A stretch of DNA of 64,000 bases from Minisyncoccia bacterium. Lineage in GTDB: Bacteria; Patescibacteriota; Minisyncoccia; SW-4-49-11. Every line of letters begins with the position of its first letter. The stretch's first letter is position 1. The notes under the pieces are model-generated. The model was given only the letters and a program-made list of their open reading frames with translations, had not been told where the DNA came from and did no database searches. The DNA is taken from contig JBIIRM010000002.1 in NCBI GenBank assembly GCA_044341565.1, positions 65,812 to 129,811 of the forward strand, written 5' to 3'. A program made the position numbers and the translations under genes. Positions 1 through 12,454 of this stretch are shown piece by piece.

Positions 1-2
1 CA

Positions 3-275
3 GTAGATTATAAAACAACTAATATTAAGAATGGGTTAACGGTAACTTCGACTTGTAATACAGGACTTAACAATTCTTGTTCTTTAGTACAGAATCCAGT
101 AGAAGGGTATATATTAGGTAATGGGAATCTACTATATCGTTATATTACGGTTCTTAATGCTACTGATAAAATTACCGTAACAAGTACCGTTATAGTGAAT
201 AATCCAAGACTCAATACAAAAATATATTCAGCAAATATAGAGATATTTAATACATTTTTGACTAGTACTCCTTAA
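3..275 (+). CDS. 3' end of an upstream gene running off the window edge; hypothetical, possibly part of the pilin operon
   Basis: Open frame from position 3 with no stop until TAA at about 273-275 (frame 3: VDYKTTNIKNGLTVTST...TSTP*). Thr/Asn/Val-rich like the neighbouring minor pilins. Confidence 0.3.
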   Translation, partial: VDYKTTNIKNGLTVTSTCNTGLNNSCSLVQNPVEGYILGNGNLLYRYITVLNATDKITVTSTVIVNNPRLNTKIYSANIEIFNTFLTSTP

Positions 276-379
276 TATATTTTTATAAAATCTGTTAATA
301 GAAGTGGTTGTAGCGACTCAATTGCAAGATATAATAATATAATAAATTTTTTATAATACTCATATTTCAATATATGTCC

Positions 380-409
380 TTGAATCAATTAATCTGAAGT
401 TGCTATAAT
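380..409 (+). promoter_or_regulatory. sigma70-like promoter for the pilin-like genes (TTGAAT-18-TATAAT)
   Basis: TTGAAT at 380-385 and TATAAT at 404-409, about 40 nt upstream of the ATG at 450. Confidence 0.3.
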
Positions 410-449
410 TATTAATATACAGTATAATTATTATATATAAAATATAAAT

Positions 450-917
450 ATGAAAAAAGGATTTACGATAGCAGAACTTGCGGTGGTAATAGGAATATTA
501 TCTATTATTATACTTGTAGTAGCACAGCCTATAACTAATATTATTAAATATCAAATAGATTCTCAGCAAAGTGATAATGTAAGAGATAATTTGCAATTTA
601 TTTTGAATGTGATGGATAAAGAGTTGAGAACTTCATCTGATATCTCTAGTCTTACCCCAAGTGAGTTAACATTTAAAGATCAGGATGGGGTAAATATAAG
701 CTATAAGAAAGATGGAAATATTATCAAGAAGTTAGATAAGCCCTATACTGACTCCAGTGTATTTACCGTTGAGGACCTTAGTTTTTTTATTAAGGCTGGG
801 GATGGTGGTTTAGTAAATAGCCCGGGAACTATAGTGACTGTAGTGATTACCGCTAAATCTGTAGATGGTAAAGATACCGTCACTATGCAATCAACCACAA
901 TGCCACGAAATAATTAA
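450..917 (+). CDS. type IV pilin-like / pseudopilin with prepilin N-terminal cleavage-methylation motif
   Basis: N-terminus MKKGFTIAELAVVIGILSIIILVV matches the G|FTxxE prepilin peptidase site followed by a hydrophobic helix. 155 aa. Confidence 0.7.
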   Translation: MKKGFTIAELAVVIGILSIIILVVAQPITNIIKYQIDSQQSDNVRDNLQFILNVMDKELRTSSDISSLTPSELTFKDQDGVNISYKKDGNIIKKLDKPYTDSSVFTVEDLSFFIKAGDGGLVNSPGTIVTVVITAKSVDGKDTVTMQSTTMPRNN

Positions 918-923
918 TATACT

Positions 924-1796
924 ATGAAATTTATACTACAACAATATAAAGGAGATATTACCCTATTTGTAACTATTATTGTATCAGCAGTTATGTTGAT
1001 ATTATTACTTGCCTTATCACAAAAAATCACAGTTGAATCTCGCATCTCTCGAGAAAATCTGTATTCACAACAGGCAATACAGGCAGCTAATACTGGTATT
1101 GATGCGTGGGAATATCGACTGGCACAAACAGGGGATGTTACTCTTACTACATCCCCTACTGGAAGTATAATTAATGGACCTTTGCAAAATTGGCCTAATA
1201 GTAATATTACTGGGAAAACAATAACAGATAGTTCCGGAAAGGAATGGATTGAATTATCTAGTGTAGGTGGCTCATCTATTCAATATAGAGTAGAATTCCA
1301 AGTAGGTAATCCTGCAGCAATTCCTCCAACAAAACCTCTTATTATTTCTAAAGGAAGAGTAGTTAGGGATAATACTATTATAGAAAGGACATTAGAGCAA
1401 GATTTTCAGACTATAGCAACACCAACTCCTCCTCTATATGTGGGGCCTCCTGTACCTATTGGTGTAACCACTCATAGTTTTAATAATACTACGGATCAAG
1501 ATATTTCTCTCACCTGGACTTCGGGAATAATAAATGTTATTTCAGAAAGTAAGACAGCTCCTGATGGTATAGACTCCACAGGAAATGAAGCTAAGCATTA
1601 TACAATTACCTTACCTCCTACTAACAATTATAATAATTTAGTGGTTACCGCTCAATCTACTGCTGCTGGGGATTTTGATCCAAATATAACTATTGCTAGA
1701 CTAGAAAAATTTTCTCCTACTGTATGGAAAGTGTGGTTTAAACGGAGTTCTGGAGTGAATACATATGTTGGGAGGTTTACAATTACCGGAGAATAA
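924..1796 (+). CDS. PilX-like minor pilin / pilus assembly protein (hydrophobic N-terminus)
   Basis: N-terminal hydrophobic segment LFVTIIVSAVMLILLLALS followed by AIQAANTGIDAW (PilX_N-like). Secreted Thr/Pro-rich remainder. Adjacent to the pilin-like gene, 7-nt gap. Confidence 0.45.
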   Translation: MKFILQQYKGDITLFVTIIVSAVMLILLLALSQKITVESRISRENLYSQQAIQAANTGIDAWEYRLAQTGDVTLTTSPTGSIINGPLQNWPNSNITGKTITDSSGKEWIELSSVGGSSIQYRVEFQVGNPAAIPPTKPLIISKGRVVRDNTIIERTLEQDFQTIATPTPPLYVGPPVPIGVTTHSFNNTTDQDISLTWTSGIINVISESKTAPDGIDSTGNEAKHYTITLPPTNNYNNLVVTAQSTAAGDFDPNITIARLEKFSPTVWKVWFKRSSGVNTYVGRFTITGE

Positions 1797-1844
1797 ATAA
1801 TCTGGTTGTATATATCTTAAATAACTCTTCTAAACCGGTAAGTA

Positions 1845-3939
<2,095 letters not shown>

Positions 3940-3987
3940 CCAAAGCTATAATCTTGTATACAATAATACTATATAGACAAAACATAT

Positions 3988-5094
3988 ATGAGAGTATTAT
4001 TCGCAAGTGGAGGAACCGGAGGGCATATTTTACCTATTATTGCTGTAAAGCAAGAATTAGAGCTATTAGCTCAAGAAAAACAAATTCCTATAGAATTTTT
4101 ATTAGTTGGGCATCTTGATGAGGTGGGTAAATCATTATTAGAGGCGCATAATATCCCTTATAAATCAGTATATGCAGGTAAAATTAGGCGATATTTTTCC
4201 ATTGATAATTTTTTGGATATATTCCGTGCAATTGCGGGTTTATGTAAGGCTCAATGGTATATTTGGAAATTTATGCCAGATATTACTTTTGGAAAAGGAG
4301 GATATGCCAGTGTTCCTGGAGTGTTAATATCATGGATATATCAAGTGCCTACATTAATTCATGAATCAGATTCCGTGCCGGGACTAGCCAATAAATTTTT
4401 GGGGCGTTTTGCGAGTGTAGTAGCGGTTGGATTTCCTAATGTAGCCTCAGTTTTTGGAGAAAAGAAAACAAGTATTGTAGGAAATATGACTCATCCAGAT
4501 ATTACTGAGGGAAGTCGTGAAGATGCGGGTAGAGTTTTTGAATTAACATTTGAAAAGCCAATATTATTGGTTGTAGGGGGAAGTCAGGGTTCCAAAATTA
4601 TGAATGAAGTAATATGGAGTATTATTCCCCATTTGACTAATAGTGTAGAAATTATTCATATTGTAGGACAGGCTAATATACTTGAGGCTTCTAAGGTGAA
4701 AAAATCACTTCCTCCAAGTCAGGAAAGATTATATCATTATGCGGGATTTCTTGACAATGATATGAAGCATGCTTATGCTGCTGCTGATTTAGTAATATCA
4801 AGAGCGGGAGCATCAAGCATTACTGATATTTGTCTTACTCGTAAGCCAAGTATTCTGGTACCTATTACCGTTGATGCTGGACAACAGCGTTCTAATGCTT
4901 ATGAAATGGCAAAAATTGGAGCTAGTATTGTATTAGAAGAGCCTAATTTTACTCCAAATATTGTACTTGGTAAAATAGATGAATTATTCAGACAACCTAA
5001 TATTATGGAGGCTATGTCGGCTCAAACTGTTCAATTTGCAACTCCAGATGCCGCTACTCGTATTGCTGAGCAATTATTCTCATTAAATCAGTAA
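3988..5094 (+). CDS. murG: UDP-GlcNAc--MurNAc-pentapeptide-undecaprenol GlcNAc transferase
   Basis: N-terminal MRVLFASGGTGGHILP glycine-rich motif and GT-B C-terminal half (VVGGSQGS...ISRAGASSITD). Confidence 0.9.
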   Translation: MRVLFASGGTGGHILPIIAVKQELELLAQEKQIPIEFLLVGHLDEVGKSLLEAHNIPYKSVYAGKIRRYFSIDNFLDIFRAIAGLCKAQWYIWKFMPDITFGKGGYASVPGVLISWIYQVPTLIHESDSVPGLANKFLGRFASVVAVGFPNVASVFGEKKTSIVGNMTHPDITEGSREDAGRVFELTFEKPILLVVGGSQGSKIMNEVIWSIIPHLTNSVEIIHIVGQANILEASKVKKSLPPSQERLYHYAGFLDNDMKHAYAAADLVISRAGASSITDICLTRKPSILVPITVDAGQQRSNAYEMAKIGASIVLEEPNFTPNIVLGKIDELFRQPNIMEAMSAQTVQFATPDAATRIAEQLFSLNQ

Positions 5095-5096
5095 TT

Positions 5097-6449
5097 ATGA
5101 TATATTTGGTCGGGATTAAAGGGGTTGGCATGACAGCTTTAGCTCAGGTTTTACAGGCAAAAGGAATACAGGTAATGGGTAGCGATACAGATGAAGTCTT
5201 TATGACAGATGCTGTATTAGCGAGCTCTCATATTCCCGTAAAATCACCCTTTGATAGTAAGAATATTCCTCCTGAAATTGAATATGCGGTTGTCTCTGGA
5301 GCTTATTATATTGAGGGAAAAGAGCCAACTAATCCAGAGGTGATTGAATTATTATCTCGCAATATTCCTCTTTTTACTTATAGTCAAGCTCTTGGTAATA
5401 TTGCAAAACAATTTGATTATACTATTGCGGTAGCCGGTTCGCATGGGAAGACAACAACTTCAGCTTTATTAACCTTTGCTTTACAAGAATTAAATCAAAA
5501 TCCTTTTGGAGTAATTGGTAGTGTTGTACCTCAATTTGGAGGGAATGCTCGTATAGGAGATAAAAATTCACAATATCTCGTAGTAGAGGCGGATGAATAT
5601 CAGAATCATTTTCTGGATTTGGATATTGATGCATTAATTGTGCTGAATATTGATTATGATCATCCTGATTTTTTTGCAAGTCCAGATATCTATTATCAAA
5701 CTTTTATCAATGTAATAAATCAATTATCTCCAGATAAAATACTTATTATTAATGGGGATGATATGATAATATCAGAGTATATTTTGCCACATATTTCATA
5801 CCCAACAGAGAATATTCTTCGATTTGGGCTTAAGCCAGAAAATGATATAAGACTAGATACAGAAAATCGAGTTATTATACAGGGGAATACATATAGTCAA
5901 TTGACATTATCTATTGCAGGTGCACATAATCGTCTGAATGCTTTATCTTGTATTGCCTTATTGTACTCAAGAGGATTTGATATTAATGAAAGTATAGAAT
6001 CATTAGCTAATTTTCATGGAACACAGAGGCGACTCGAGTATAAAGGAATTACTGAAAAAGGAGTAATTATTATTGATGATTATGCTCATCATCCGACTGA
6101 GATTAAGGCAGGATTACAGGCTTTACGGGAGCAATATCCACAGTCTCAAATTCATTGTGTTTTTCAGCCTCATACCTTTAGCCGTACACAATCTTTATTA
6201 CAGGAATTTGGAGAGGCTTTATCTGAGTCTGATTATATTTATCTGCTTCCAATATATGCCTCAGCCAGAGAGCAGGCTGGTACGGTGACAAGCTCTGATA
6301 TATTGCTGTTTATACAGAATACAAATACAACAATATATGAGACTGAATCAGCACTTATATCTGATTTAGAGCAAATACAGGTTCCAGATAGTATTATAGT
6401 AACTATGGGGGCTGGAGATGTGTGGAAAATTACTCAAAATATGCTATAA
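5097..6449 (+). CDS. murC: UDP-N-acetylmuramate--L-alanine ligase
   Basis: GIKGVGMTALAQVL N-terminus, Mur ligase P-loop AGSHGKTTTS, DDYAHHPTE C-terminal motif. Confidence 0.9.
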   Translation: MIYLVGIKGVGMTALAQVLQAKGIQVMGSDTDEVFMTDAVLASSHIPVKSPFDSKNIPPEIEYAVVSGAYYIEGKEPTNPEVIELLSRNIPLFTYSQALGNIAKQFDYTIAVAGSHGKTTTSALLTFALQELNQNPFGVIGSVVPQFGGNARIGDKNSQYLVVEADEYQNHFLDLDIDALIVLNIDYDHPDFFASPDIYYQTFINVINQLSPDKILIINGDDMIISEYILPHISYPTENILRFGLKPENDIRLDTENRVIIQGNTYSQLTLSIAGAHNRLNALSCIALLYSRGFDINESIESLANFHGTQRRLEYKGITEKGVIIIDDYAHHPTEIKAGLQALREQYPQSQIHCVFQPHTFSRTQSLLQEFGEALSESDYIYLLPIYASAREQAGTVTSSDILLFIQNTNTTIYETESALISDLEQIQVPDSIIVTMGAGDVWKITQNML

Positions 6450-6482
6450 TATATCGTAATATATGAATAAAAGTCTGATACT

Positions 6483-7181
6483 ATGATAGATCATATTGCA
6501 ATTATTCCTGATGGAAATCGTCGTTGGGCTCAAGCTAATGGAAAAACTTCAGAACAGGGGCATTTAGAGGGTTTTGAGAGAACTCGTGAAATTATAGAAA
6601 AAGCTTTTATTGGAAGAGTTCGGCATTTAACATTATGGGGTGCTTCATTAGATAATTTGGTAAAAAGACCAGAGACGGAGGTTAAACATTTATATGGAGG
6701 ATTTCAAACATATCTAAAAAATCTGCTAACATATAAAGAAATTCATAAGCAGGGAATAAGAGTCAATATTCTAGGACGCTGGCAAGAATTATTCCCAAAA
6801 CCATTACAAAAAATTATTCAAACAGCTATTGATACAACACAAGGATACTCTAATTATACCCTTAATTTTTTACTAGGGTATAATGGCGATGAGGAAATGC
6901 TCAGGGCTATTCAGTCTATTTCAGATAAGCGTATTGCTAATCCCGATTTAGCAATTACTCCTGAACTTATCAAGGAGTCATTATATACCAAAGATTTACC
7001 CCCAGTAGACTTATTAATTCGTACGGGGGGAGAGCCTCATAATAGTGTAGGGTTTATGATGTGGGATACGGCAAATTCACAATATTATTTTACGGATATC
7101 AATTATCCTGATTTTGGAATAGCCGAATTTGATATTGCTATTCAGGAATATAAAAAAAGAGGTAAGAGAAGAGGGAAATAA
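6483..7181 (+). CDS. uppS: undecaprenyl diphosphate synthase (cis-prenyltransferase)
   Basis: HIAIIPDGNRRWA signature plus NxxxGR and RTGGE motifs. Confidence 0.9.
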   Translation: MIDHIAIIPDGNRRWAQANGKTSEQGHLEGFERTREIIEKAFIGRVRHLTLWGASLDNLVKRPETEVKHLYGGFQTYLKNLLTYKEIHKQGIRVNILGRWQELFPKPLQKIIQTAIDTTQGYSNYTLNFLLGYNGDEEMLRAIQSISDKRIANPDLAITPELIKESLYTKDLPPVDLLIRTGGEPHNSVGFMMWDTANSQYYFTDINYPDFGIAEFDIAIQEYKKRGKRRGK

Positions 7182-7192
7182 CATCGACAGAT

Positions 7193-8263
7193 ATGAAAAT
7201 TATTATTATGGCTGGGGGTACAGGAACACGATTATGGCCTCTAAGCAGAATATCCAAGCCCAAGCAATTCCAACCATTATTTGGTGAGGAGACAATGTTA
7301 CAAATGACAGTAAAGCGACTATTAAGTCATTTTAGTTTAGATGATATTTTTATTGCCACTAATCAACAATATCAAGAGGAAGTTTTGCAAGAATTACCTG
7401 AGCTTCCCGCTCATCATATTATTTTAGAACCAGAAAAAAGAGATACTGCTCCTGCAATTGGACTTGCTAGTATATCAGTTGAGGCAAATCCAGATGAAGC
7501 CATTGCTTTTTTGGCAGCGGATCATTATATTCATAAGCCGCAAGAATTATGTCATATATTACAAATTGCGGATGAATTTTTGCAACAATCTCCAGAATAT
7601 ATTATTACTCTTGGTATTACCCCAACAGCTCCTGAGACGGGATATGGTTATATCAAATATAGTCAAGACTCTCTGGTAGAAAATCAATCCATATCAGTAT
7701 ATGAAGTTGATGCCTTTGTAGAAAAGCCTGATTTCAAAACAGCTACAGAATATCTTGCTGATGGACATTATGTTTGGAATTCTGGTATGTTTGTAGTTCA
7801 AAAACAGACATTAGCATCAATGTATCAAGAATATTTACCAGATACTGCAAAGGTCTTAGCCAATATAGAGGAAAATAATATCGCTAATATTGAGGAATTA
7901 TATAGTCAAACAGATGCTATTAGTTTTGATTATGGAATTATGGAAAAAGCTAATCATATTGCAGTAATCCCTGCTGATATTGGTTGGAGTGATATTGGTT
8001 CTTGGTCTGCGCTTAAAGATATGCTACAAGGTGATGATGTGACAGTAACTCATAAAGGTAGCTCTAAACATTTTGATATTGACTCAGAACATATACTGGT
8101 ACATTCTCATAATAAGGATAAAATTATTGCCACAATTGGAATTCGTGATATAGTTATAGTAGAGACTCAAGATGCATTATTGGTATCCCATATCGATAAG
8201 GTTCAAGATGTAAAGCAAATAAATGCTTTATTGAGGCTAGCAAATCTCGAAGATAAAGTATGA
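7193..8263 (+). CDS. mannose-1-phosphate guanylyltransferase (nucleotidyltransferase, no PMI domain)
   Basis: MAGGTGTRLWPLSRISKPKQF N-terminal sugar-nucleotidyltransferase motif, 356 aa. Confidence 0.8.
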   Translation: MKIIIMAGGTGTRLWPLSRISKPKQFQPLFGEETMLQMTVKRLLSHFSLDDIFIATNQQYQEEVLQELPELPAHHIILEPEKRDTAPAIGLASISVEANPDEAIAFLAADHYIHKPQELCHILQIADEFLQQSPEYIITLGITPTAPETGYGYIKYSQDSLVENQSISVYEVDAFVEKPDFKTATEYLADGHYVWNSGMFVVQKQTLASMYQEYLPDTAKVLANIEENNIANIEELYSQTDAISFDYGIMEKANHIAVIPADIGWSDIGSWSALKDMLQGDDVTVTHKGSSKHFDIDSEHILVHSHNKDKIIATIGIRDIVIVETQDALLVSHIDKVQDVKQINALLRLANLEDKV

Positions 8264-8267
8264 TAAT

Positions 8268-9263
8268 ATGCTAAAAAAAGTTATATATTGGGTATTATTA
8301 GGAATATTTATAATAGGTATTATAGGAGCTGTTTATATTGTAAATGTAGTGAATACTCTAGGAGCTCCTGTTGCCATACAGGATTCGATAACATTTCAGG
8401 TAAAAGAAAATGAGTCTTGGGATACTATTATTGGTAATTTACAACAAGAGAATATTATTTCCAAAACAAATGGCCTTAATTTTTATATTGCATTTAGGAG
8501 ATTAACTCCAAAGTCTGCAACATATACTATTACTAACACAATGAATACGGATCAGGTTATCAAAATGATAGCTCGAGGTTTATTGACAAGACCAGAAGTT
8601 ACTATAACTATTCCAGAAGGTTCAGATATTTATGAAATAGGAGATATTCTTGAATCAGGGCTGAGTTTTAGCCGGGCAGATTTTGTCAAAGCAACAGAGA
8701 AATTTGATACCACTCAATATGACTTTATTGAAAATAAATCATTACAAGGATATTTATACCCTGATACCTATCGACTTTTTGATAATGCCAATGCCGAAGA
8801 AGTAATTATTAAAATGGTGAATAATTTTCAAAAGAAAGCTTTACCTAGTCTTAAAGATACCGATACCTTATCAAGTTATCAGGTATTAGTATTAGCTTCT
8901 ATTATAGAAAAAGAGGTTGCAATTCCTAAAGACAGACAAATTGTAGCGGGAATATTCCTCAATAGATTGAAAGATGGAATGAAATTACAAAGTGATGCAA
9001 CAGTTAATTTTATTACTCAATCAGGGCGCTCTCAATCCACTTTGGATGATTTAAAAATTGACTCTCCCTATAATACCTATCAAGTTGTCGGGCTTCCTCC
9101 AGGACCTATTACCAATCCTAGTGTAGATGCGATAAAATCAGTTATTAATCCTATACCAAATGATTATTACTTTTTCCTCACAACCAGAGATAATCCTCCC
9201 AAGACTATATTCTCAAAGACCTTTGAAGAACATAGTAAAGCAAAGCAACAATATCTCCCATAA
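8268..9263 (+). CDS. mltG: endolytic murein transglycosylase MltG/YceG family
   Basis: N-terminal TM anchor and YceG core SPYNTYQVVGLPPGPITNPS. Confidence 0.85.
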   Translation: MLKKVIYWVLLGIFIIGIIGAVYIVNVVNTLGAPVAIQDSITFQVKENESWDTIIGNLQQENIISKTNGLNFYIAFRRLTPKSATYTITNTMNTDQVIKMIARGLLTRPEVTITIPEGSDIYEIGDILESGLSFSRADFVKATEKFDTTQYDFIENKSLQGYLYPDTYRLFDNANAEEVIIKMVNNFQKKALPSLKDTDTLSSYQVLVLASIIEKEVAIPKDRQIVAGIFLNRLKDGMKLQSDATVNFITQSGRSQSTLDDLKIDSPYNTYQVVGLPPGPITNPSVDAIKSVINPIPNDYYFFLTTRDNPPKTIFSKTFEEHSKAKQQYLP

Positions 9264-9268
9264 AGCAT

Positions 9269-10270
9269 ATGATTCGAAAAGTTCACCACATAGCCGTACT
9301 GATAGATTGTGAAAGAGAGCAAGCAATTCATTGGTTCGAACTGTTTCAACAAATTAAGCAAAATCTAAGATCCAATATTCAATTTGTAATGTGGAATTTG
9401 GAACTTGCTGATATTGCCCGTTCAATTGTAGATATTGATACGGTACACTTATTATCTCGCTCAATATTCAAGCTCAATGATTATCAATCAATGCGAGAAT
9501 TGATACAAAATTATACCATAGATACTTGTATAGAAATTGGGGATATACCTCAATTCATTACCTGGAATTTGAGGCAAAATCCTACTATTCAGAGAGTAAG
9601 AGTATATAATTCTTTACTTGAAAAAGAAATAGCAGGATATGCTATGAATATATATCCTGAATATACCGCTCGAGTTAATTTTCAAAAAAGAATATCCTAT
9701 AGTCCTTTCCCTCGCATTAATTATCAACATTTTCTTGACCTTGATACACAATTAGTATTGGATATCAAACAAAATACTGGATTAATACAATATGAAGATC
9801 AAGTTATTAGGAAATCATTTGTATGTGGACATGTAGGCTCTATGAGTAGTGAGCTTATTTCTTATCTCGAGTATAATAATTGTGAATGGTATGATGTACA
9901 AAATCAAAAAGGCAGTTTTGTACTTCCACAATTACTCCGAGAGGAGTTACCAATAGTTTATGAATTATTAGATTGTCTTATTGTGAGTGGTCCTATAGAT
10001 GAGACCATTAGCTATCATATATTGCATGCACTAGCCTCTGGGACTATTGTTATCGCTCCAAGAGAAGAAATATATCAAACCTTATTAGGACGCGGAGCAT
10101 TATATTATAATCAGGCATCTAGCAGCGAGCTTACCGCTTGTATTGATGTTTTGCAAAGAAGTGAATCAAAAAAGCGAGAAGTCAGAGACTATGCCTCAGC
10201 ACAATTCCAGCGTAAATATAGTTATCAAGCAATAGCTCAATTCTGGGCCCAATTATTAGCCAAAGTATAA
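9269..10270 (+). CDS. hypothetical protein with glycosyltransferase (GT-B C-terminal)-like tail
   Basis: C-terminal HALASGTIVIAPRE...GALYY resembles the GT4 EAMAxGxPVIA region. No recognisable N-terminal catalytic motif. Confidence 0.4.
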   Translation: MIRKVHHIAVLIDCEREQAIHWFELFQQIKQNLRSNIQFVMWNLELADIARSIVDIDTVHLLSRSIFKLNDYQSMRELIQNYTIDTCIEIGDIPQFITWNLRQNPTIQRVRVYNSLLEKEIAGYAMNIYPEYTARVNFQKRISYSPFPRINYQHFLDLDTQLVLDIKQNTGLIQYEDQVIRKSFVCGHVGSMSSELISYLEYNNCEWYDVQNQKGSFVLPQLLREELPIVYELLDCLIVSGPIDETISYHILHALASGTIVIAPREEIYQTLLGRGALYYNQASSSELTACIDVLQRSESKKREVRDYASAQFQRKYSYQAIAQFWAQLLAKV

Positions 10271-10309
10271 GTATTTGACTCAAGTGTCTAAATCTGGCAA
10301 ACTATAGAT

Positions 10310-11326
10310 ATGAAAATACTTGCTATTGAAACATCCTGTGATGAAACAGCACTCGCTTTATTGAGTCTTGACAAAGAAGCTCAGAATTTTAAAGTACTTG
10401 ATCATATTGTATATTCTCAAATAGAAGAGCATAGTCAATATGGGGGAGTGGTACCAGCATTAGCTTCTCGTCTACATAATAAAAAATTACCAGGAATGTT
10501 GCAGGAATTTATTCATCAGAATGGAAGAGATATTGATGCTATTGCGGTTACAGTAGGTCCGGGACTTGAGCCTTCATTATTTGTAGGAGTAAATATGGCA
10601 AGTTTATTGGCAGAAATATTAGGAGTACCTTTGATACCTGTTAATCATATGCATGGACATATGTTTTCTGGATTATTAAATGAGGCCTTAGAGGGTTCTA
10701 TTCCTCAAAGCTATCCATTTATTGCCTATACCATATCAGGTGGGCATACTGAACTTGTTTTAGTCAAAGCGTATAATGATTATGAAATTGTAGGTATTAC
10801 TCAAGATGATGCTGCAGGAGAGGCTTTTGATAAAGTTGCCAAAATGCTTAATTTAGGATATCCGGGAGGCCCCAAAATCTCTAAGTTAGCTCAAAGTGGG
10901 GATTCAAATGCAATAGCTTTCCCAAGACCAATGATGAGTTCTGGAAATGGAAATATGTCATTTTCTGGGCTAAAAACTGCAGTATTATATTATATTCGCG
11001 ATAATCCACCGCAAAATGATACTGATATTGCCAATATTTGTGCCAGCTTTGAGCAAGCTGTTATCGATGTACTAATAGCAAAATTGAATTGGGCTGTCAA
11101 TGAATATAATGTCAATCAAGTAGTAATTGGAGGTGGGGTAACCGCTAATACAAAATTACGGCAGGCTTTTGAACATTATGCTCAGCAAAATGGAATAGAA
11201 TTATTAGTCCCTAATAAAATCTTATCCACTGATAATGCAATTATGATAGGCGTGGTCGCTTGTTTAGATATTATTCATACTATTGACAATAGACCAAATA
11301 AAGTAAATGGGAATTTGGTGGTATAA
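10310..11326 (+). CDS. tsaD: tRNA N6-adenosine threonylcarbamoyltransferase (Kae1/TsaD)
   Basis: MKILAIETSCDETALAL and the HMHGH metal-binding motif. Confidence 0.9.
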   Translation: MKILAIETSCDETALALLSLDKEAQNFKVLDHIVYSQIEEHSQYGGVVPALASRLHNKKLPGMLQEFIHQNGRDIDAIAVTVGPGLEPSLFVGVNMASLLAEILGVPLIPVNHMHGHMFSGLLNEALEGSIPQSYPFIAYTISGGHTELVLVKAYNDYEIVGITQDDAAGEAFDKVAKMLNLGYPGGPKISKLAQSGDSNAIAFPRPMMSSGNGNMSFSGLKTAVLYYIRDNPPQNDTDIANICASFEQAVIDVLIAKLNWAVNEYNVNQVVIGGGVTANTKLRQAFEHYAQQNGIELLVPNKILSTDNAIMIGVVACLDIIHTIDNRPNKVNGNLVV

Positions 11327-11337
11327 ATAACAATAAT

Positions 11338-11877
11338 ATGAAAGAAATAGTTTTTGCAGGAGGATGTTTTTGGTGCGTAGAGCATGATTTACGGCAAGCC
11401 CCAGGAGTAGATGATGTAATCTCAGGGTATATGGGAGGTAGTGCTGAGACTGCTAACTATGAAGATGTCAGTAGTCATAATACCGAGCATCGAGAAGTTG
11501 TGCAGGTAATATATGATGAGAATAAGACAAATTTTCGACTATTAACACAATTTTTCCTCGATCATATTGACCCCACTGATGATGGCGGACAATTTGGAGA
11601 TAGGGGAGAGAATTATAAGACAGCAATATATTATTCTGATGAATTGGAACAAAATATTGCACAAGATACTTTACAAGAATTGGATAATTCAGGTGTATAT
11701 ACAGAATCAATACAAGTAGATATATTACCAAAAACAGAATTTTATCCAGCTGAAGACTATCATCAACAGTATTCAGAAAAGAACCCAAATCATTATCAAA
11801 GTTATCGTATTGGATCAGGTCGTGAGGGGTTTGTACAAAAAACCTGTCAAATTCGAGAGCAAAAGCATATTAATTAG
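11338..11877 (+). CDS. msrA: peptide methionine sulfoxide reductase A
   Basis: GGCFWCVE active-site motif at the N-terminus. Confidence 0.9.
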   Translation: MKEIVFAGGCFWCVEHDLRQAPGVDDVISGYMGGSAETANYEDVSSHNTEHREVVQVIYDENKTNFRLLTQFFLDHIDPTDDGGQFGDRGENYKTAIYYSDELEQNIAQDTLQELDNSGVYTESIQVDILPKTEFYPAEDYHQQYSEKNPNHYQSYRIGSGREGFVQKTCQIREQKHIN

Positions 11878-11885
11878 AAATATAT

Positions 11886-11920
11886 AAAATAAAAAATTCC
11901 CCCAGCTTATGGCTAGGGGA
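11886..11920 (-). terminator. rho-independent terminator (minus strand) after the 66-aa gene
   Basis: Imperfect GC hairpin cccccagc/gctagggg followed by a T-run on the minus strand (A-run 11891-11896 on plus). Confidence 0.4.
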
Positions 11921-12113
11921 ATACCTTCTGAGGTGTCGGTTTACCGATAATGCAAATATCCAGTCCAAAAGCAGGAATGAACGTATTACTGAGTCCAAAT
12001 GACTCTTTGCATTCGTAAATCTTATTATCCTCTAAAGGATTGTCTGGAGTATGTAGTTGACACAACTTATTGCCTGGAATAATTACTGTGTAAACCCAAA
12101 TTTTGTGTGACAT
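11913..12113 (-). CDS. small hypothetical protein (66 aa)
   Basis: ORF with its own downstream terminator hairpin. No recognisable domain. Confidence 0.35.
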   Translation of the reverse strand: MSHKIWVYTVIIPGNKLCQLHTPDNPLEDNKIYECKESFGLSNTFIPAFGLDICIIGKPTPQKVFP

Positions 12114-12165
12114 AAAGAGCTTATGGGTGAGTTATTTTAGTATACTCCTTAGTATATACAATAGT

Positions 12166-12204
12166 CAAGTAATAAAAAGTCCCTCATAAAATGATATGAG
12201 GGAC
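12166..12204 (-). terminator. rho-independent terminator (minus strand)
   Basis: Perfect 10-bp stem gtccctcata/tatgagggac (12179-12204) with a 6-nt loop, followed by TTTTTATTACTT on the minus strand. Confidence 0.55.
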
Positions 12205-12211
12205 GCTCAAA

Positions 12212-12454
12212 TTAAATATACCCAGTTTTTCTTCCAAATAGACGTAATCGCCATTTTGCTTGGGCTTTTTCGAATACAGATGGCGTTTCACTGTTTGGTT
12301 TTTCGTACAATAATGTGTTCCAGAATGGGGGAAAAAATCCATTATGCAATTGCCGAATAGTCTCAGCATTGCGTTTCCATTCTGAGATAGAAGAGCTACT
12401 AGCCATCAAGTTAATAATAGCTCTTTGCTCTTTTTCACAAGGAAAATGTTTCAT
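12212..12454 (-). CDS. small hypothetical protein (80 aa)
   Basis: ORF followed by a strong intrinsic terminator. No recognisable domain. Confidence 0.4.
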   Translation of the reverse strand: MKHFPCEKEQRAIINLMASSSSISEWKRNAETIRQLHNGFFPPFWNTLLYEKPNSETPSVFEKAQAKWRLRLFGRKTGYI

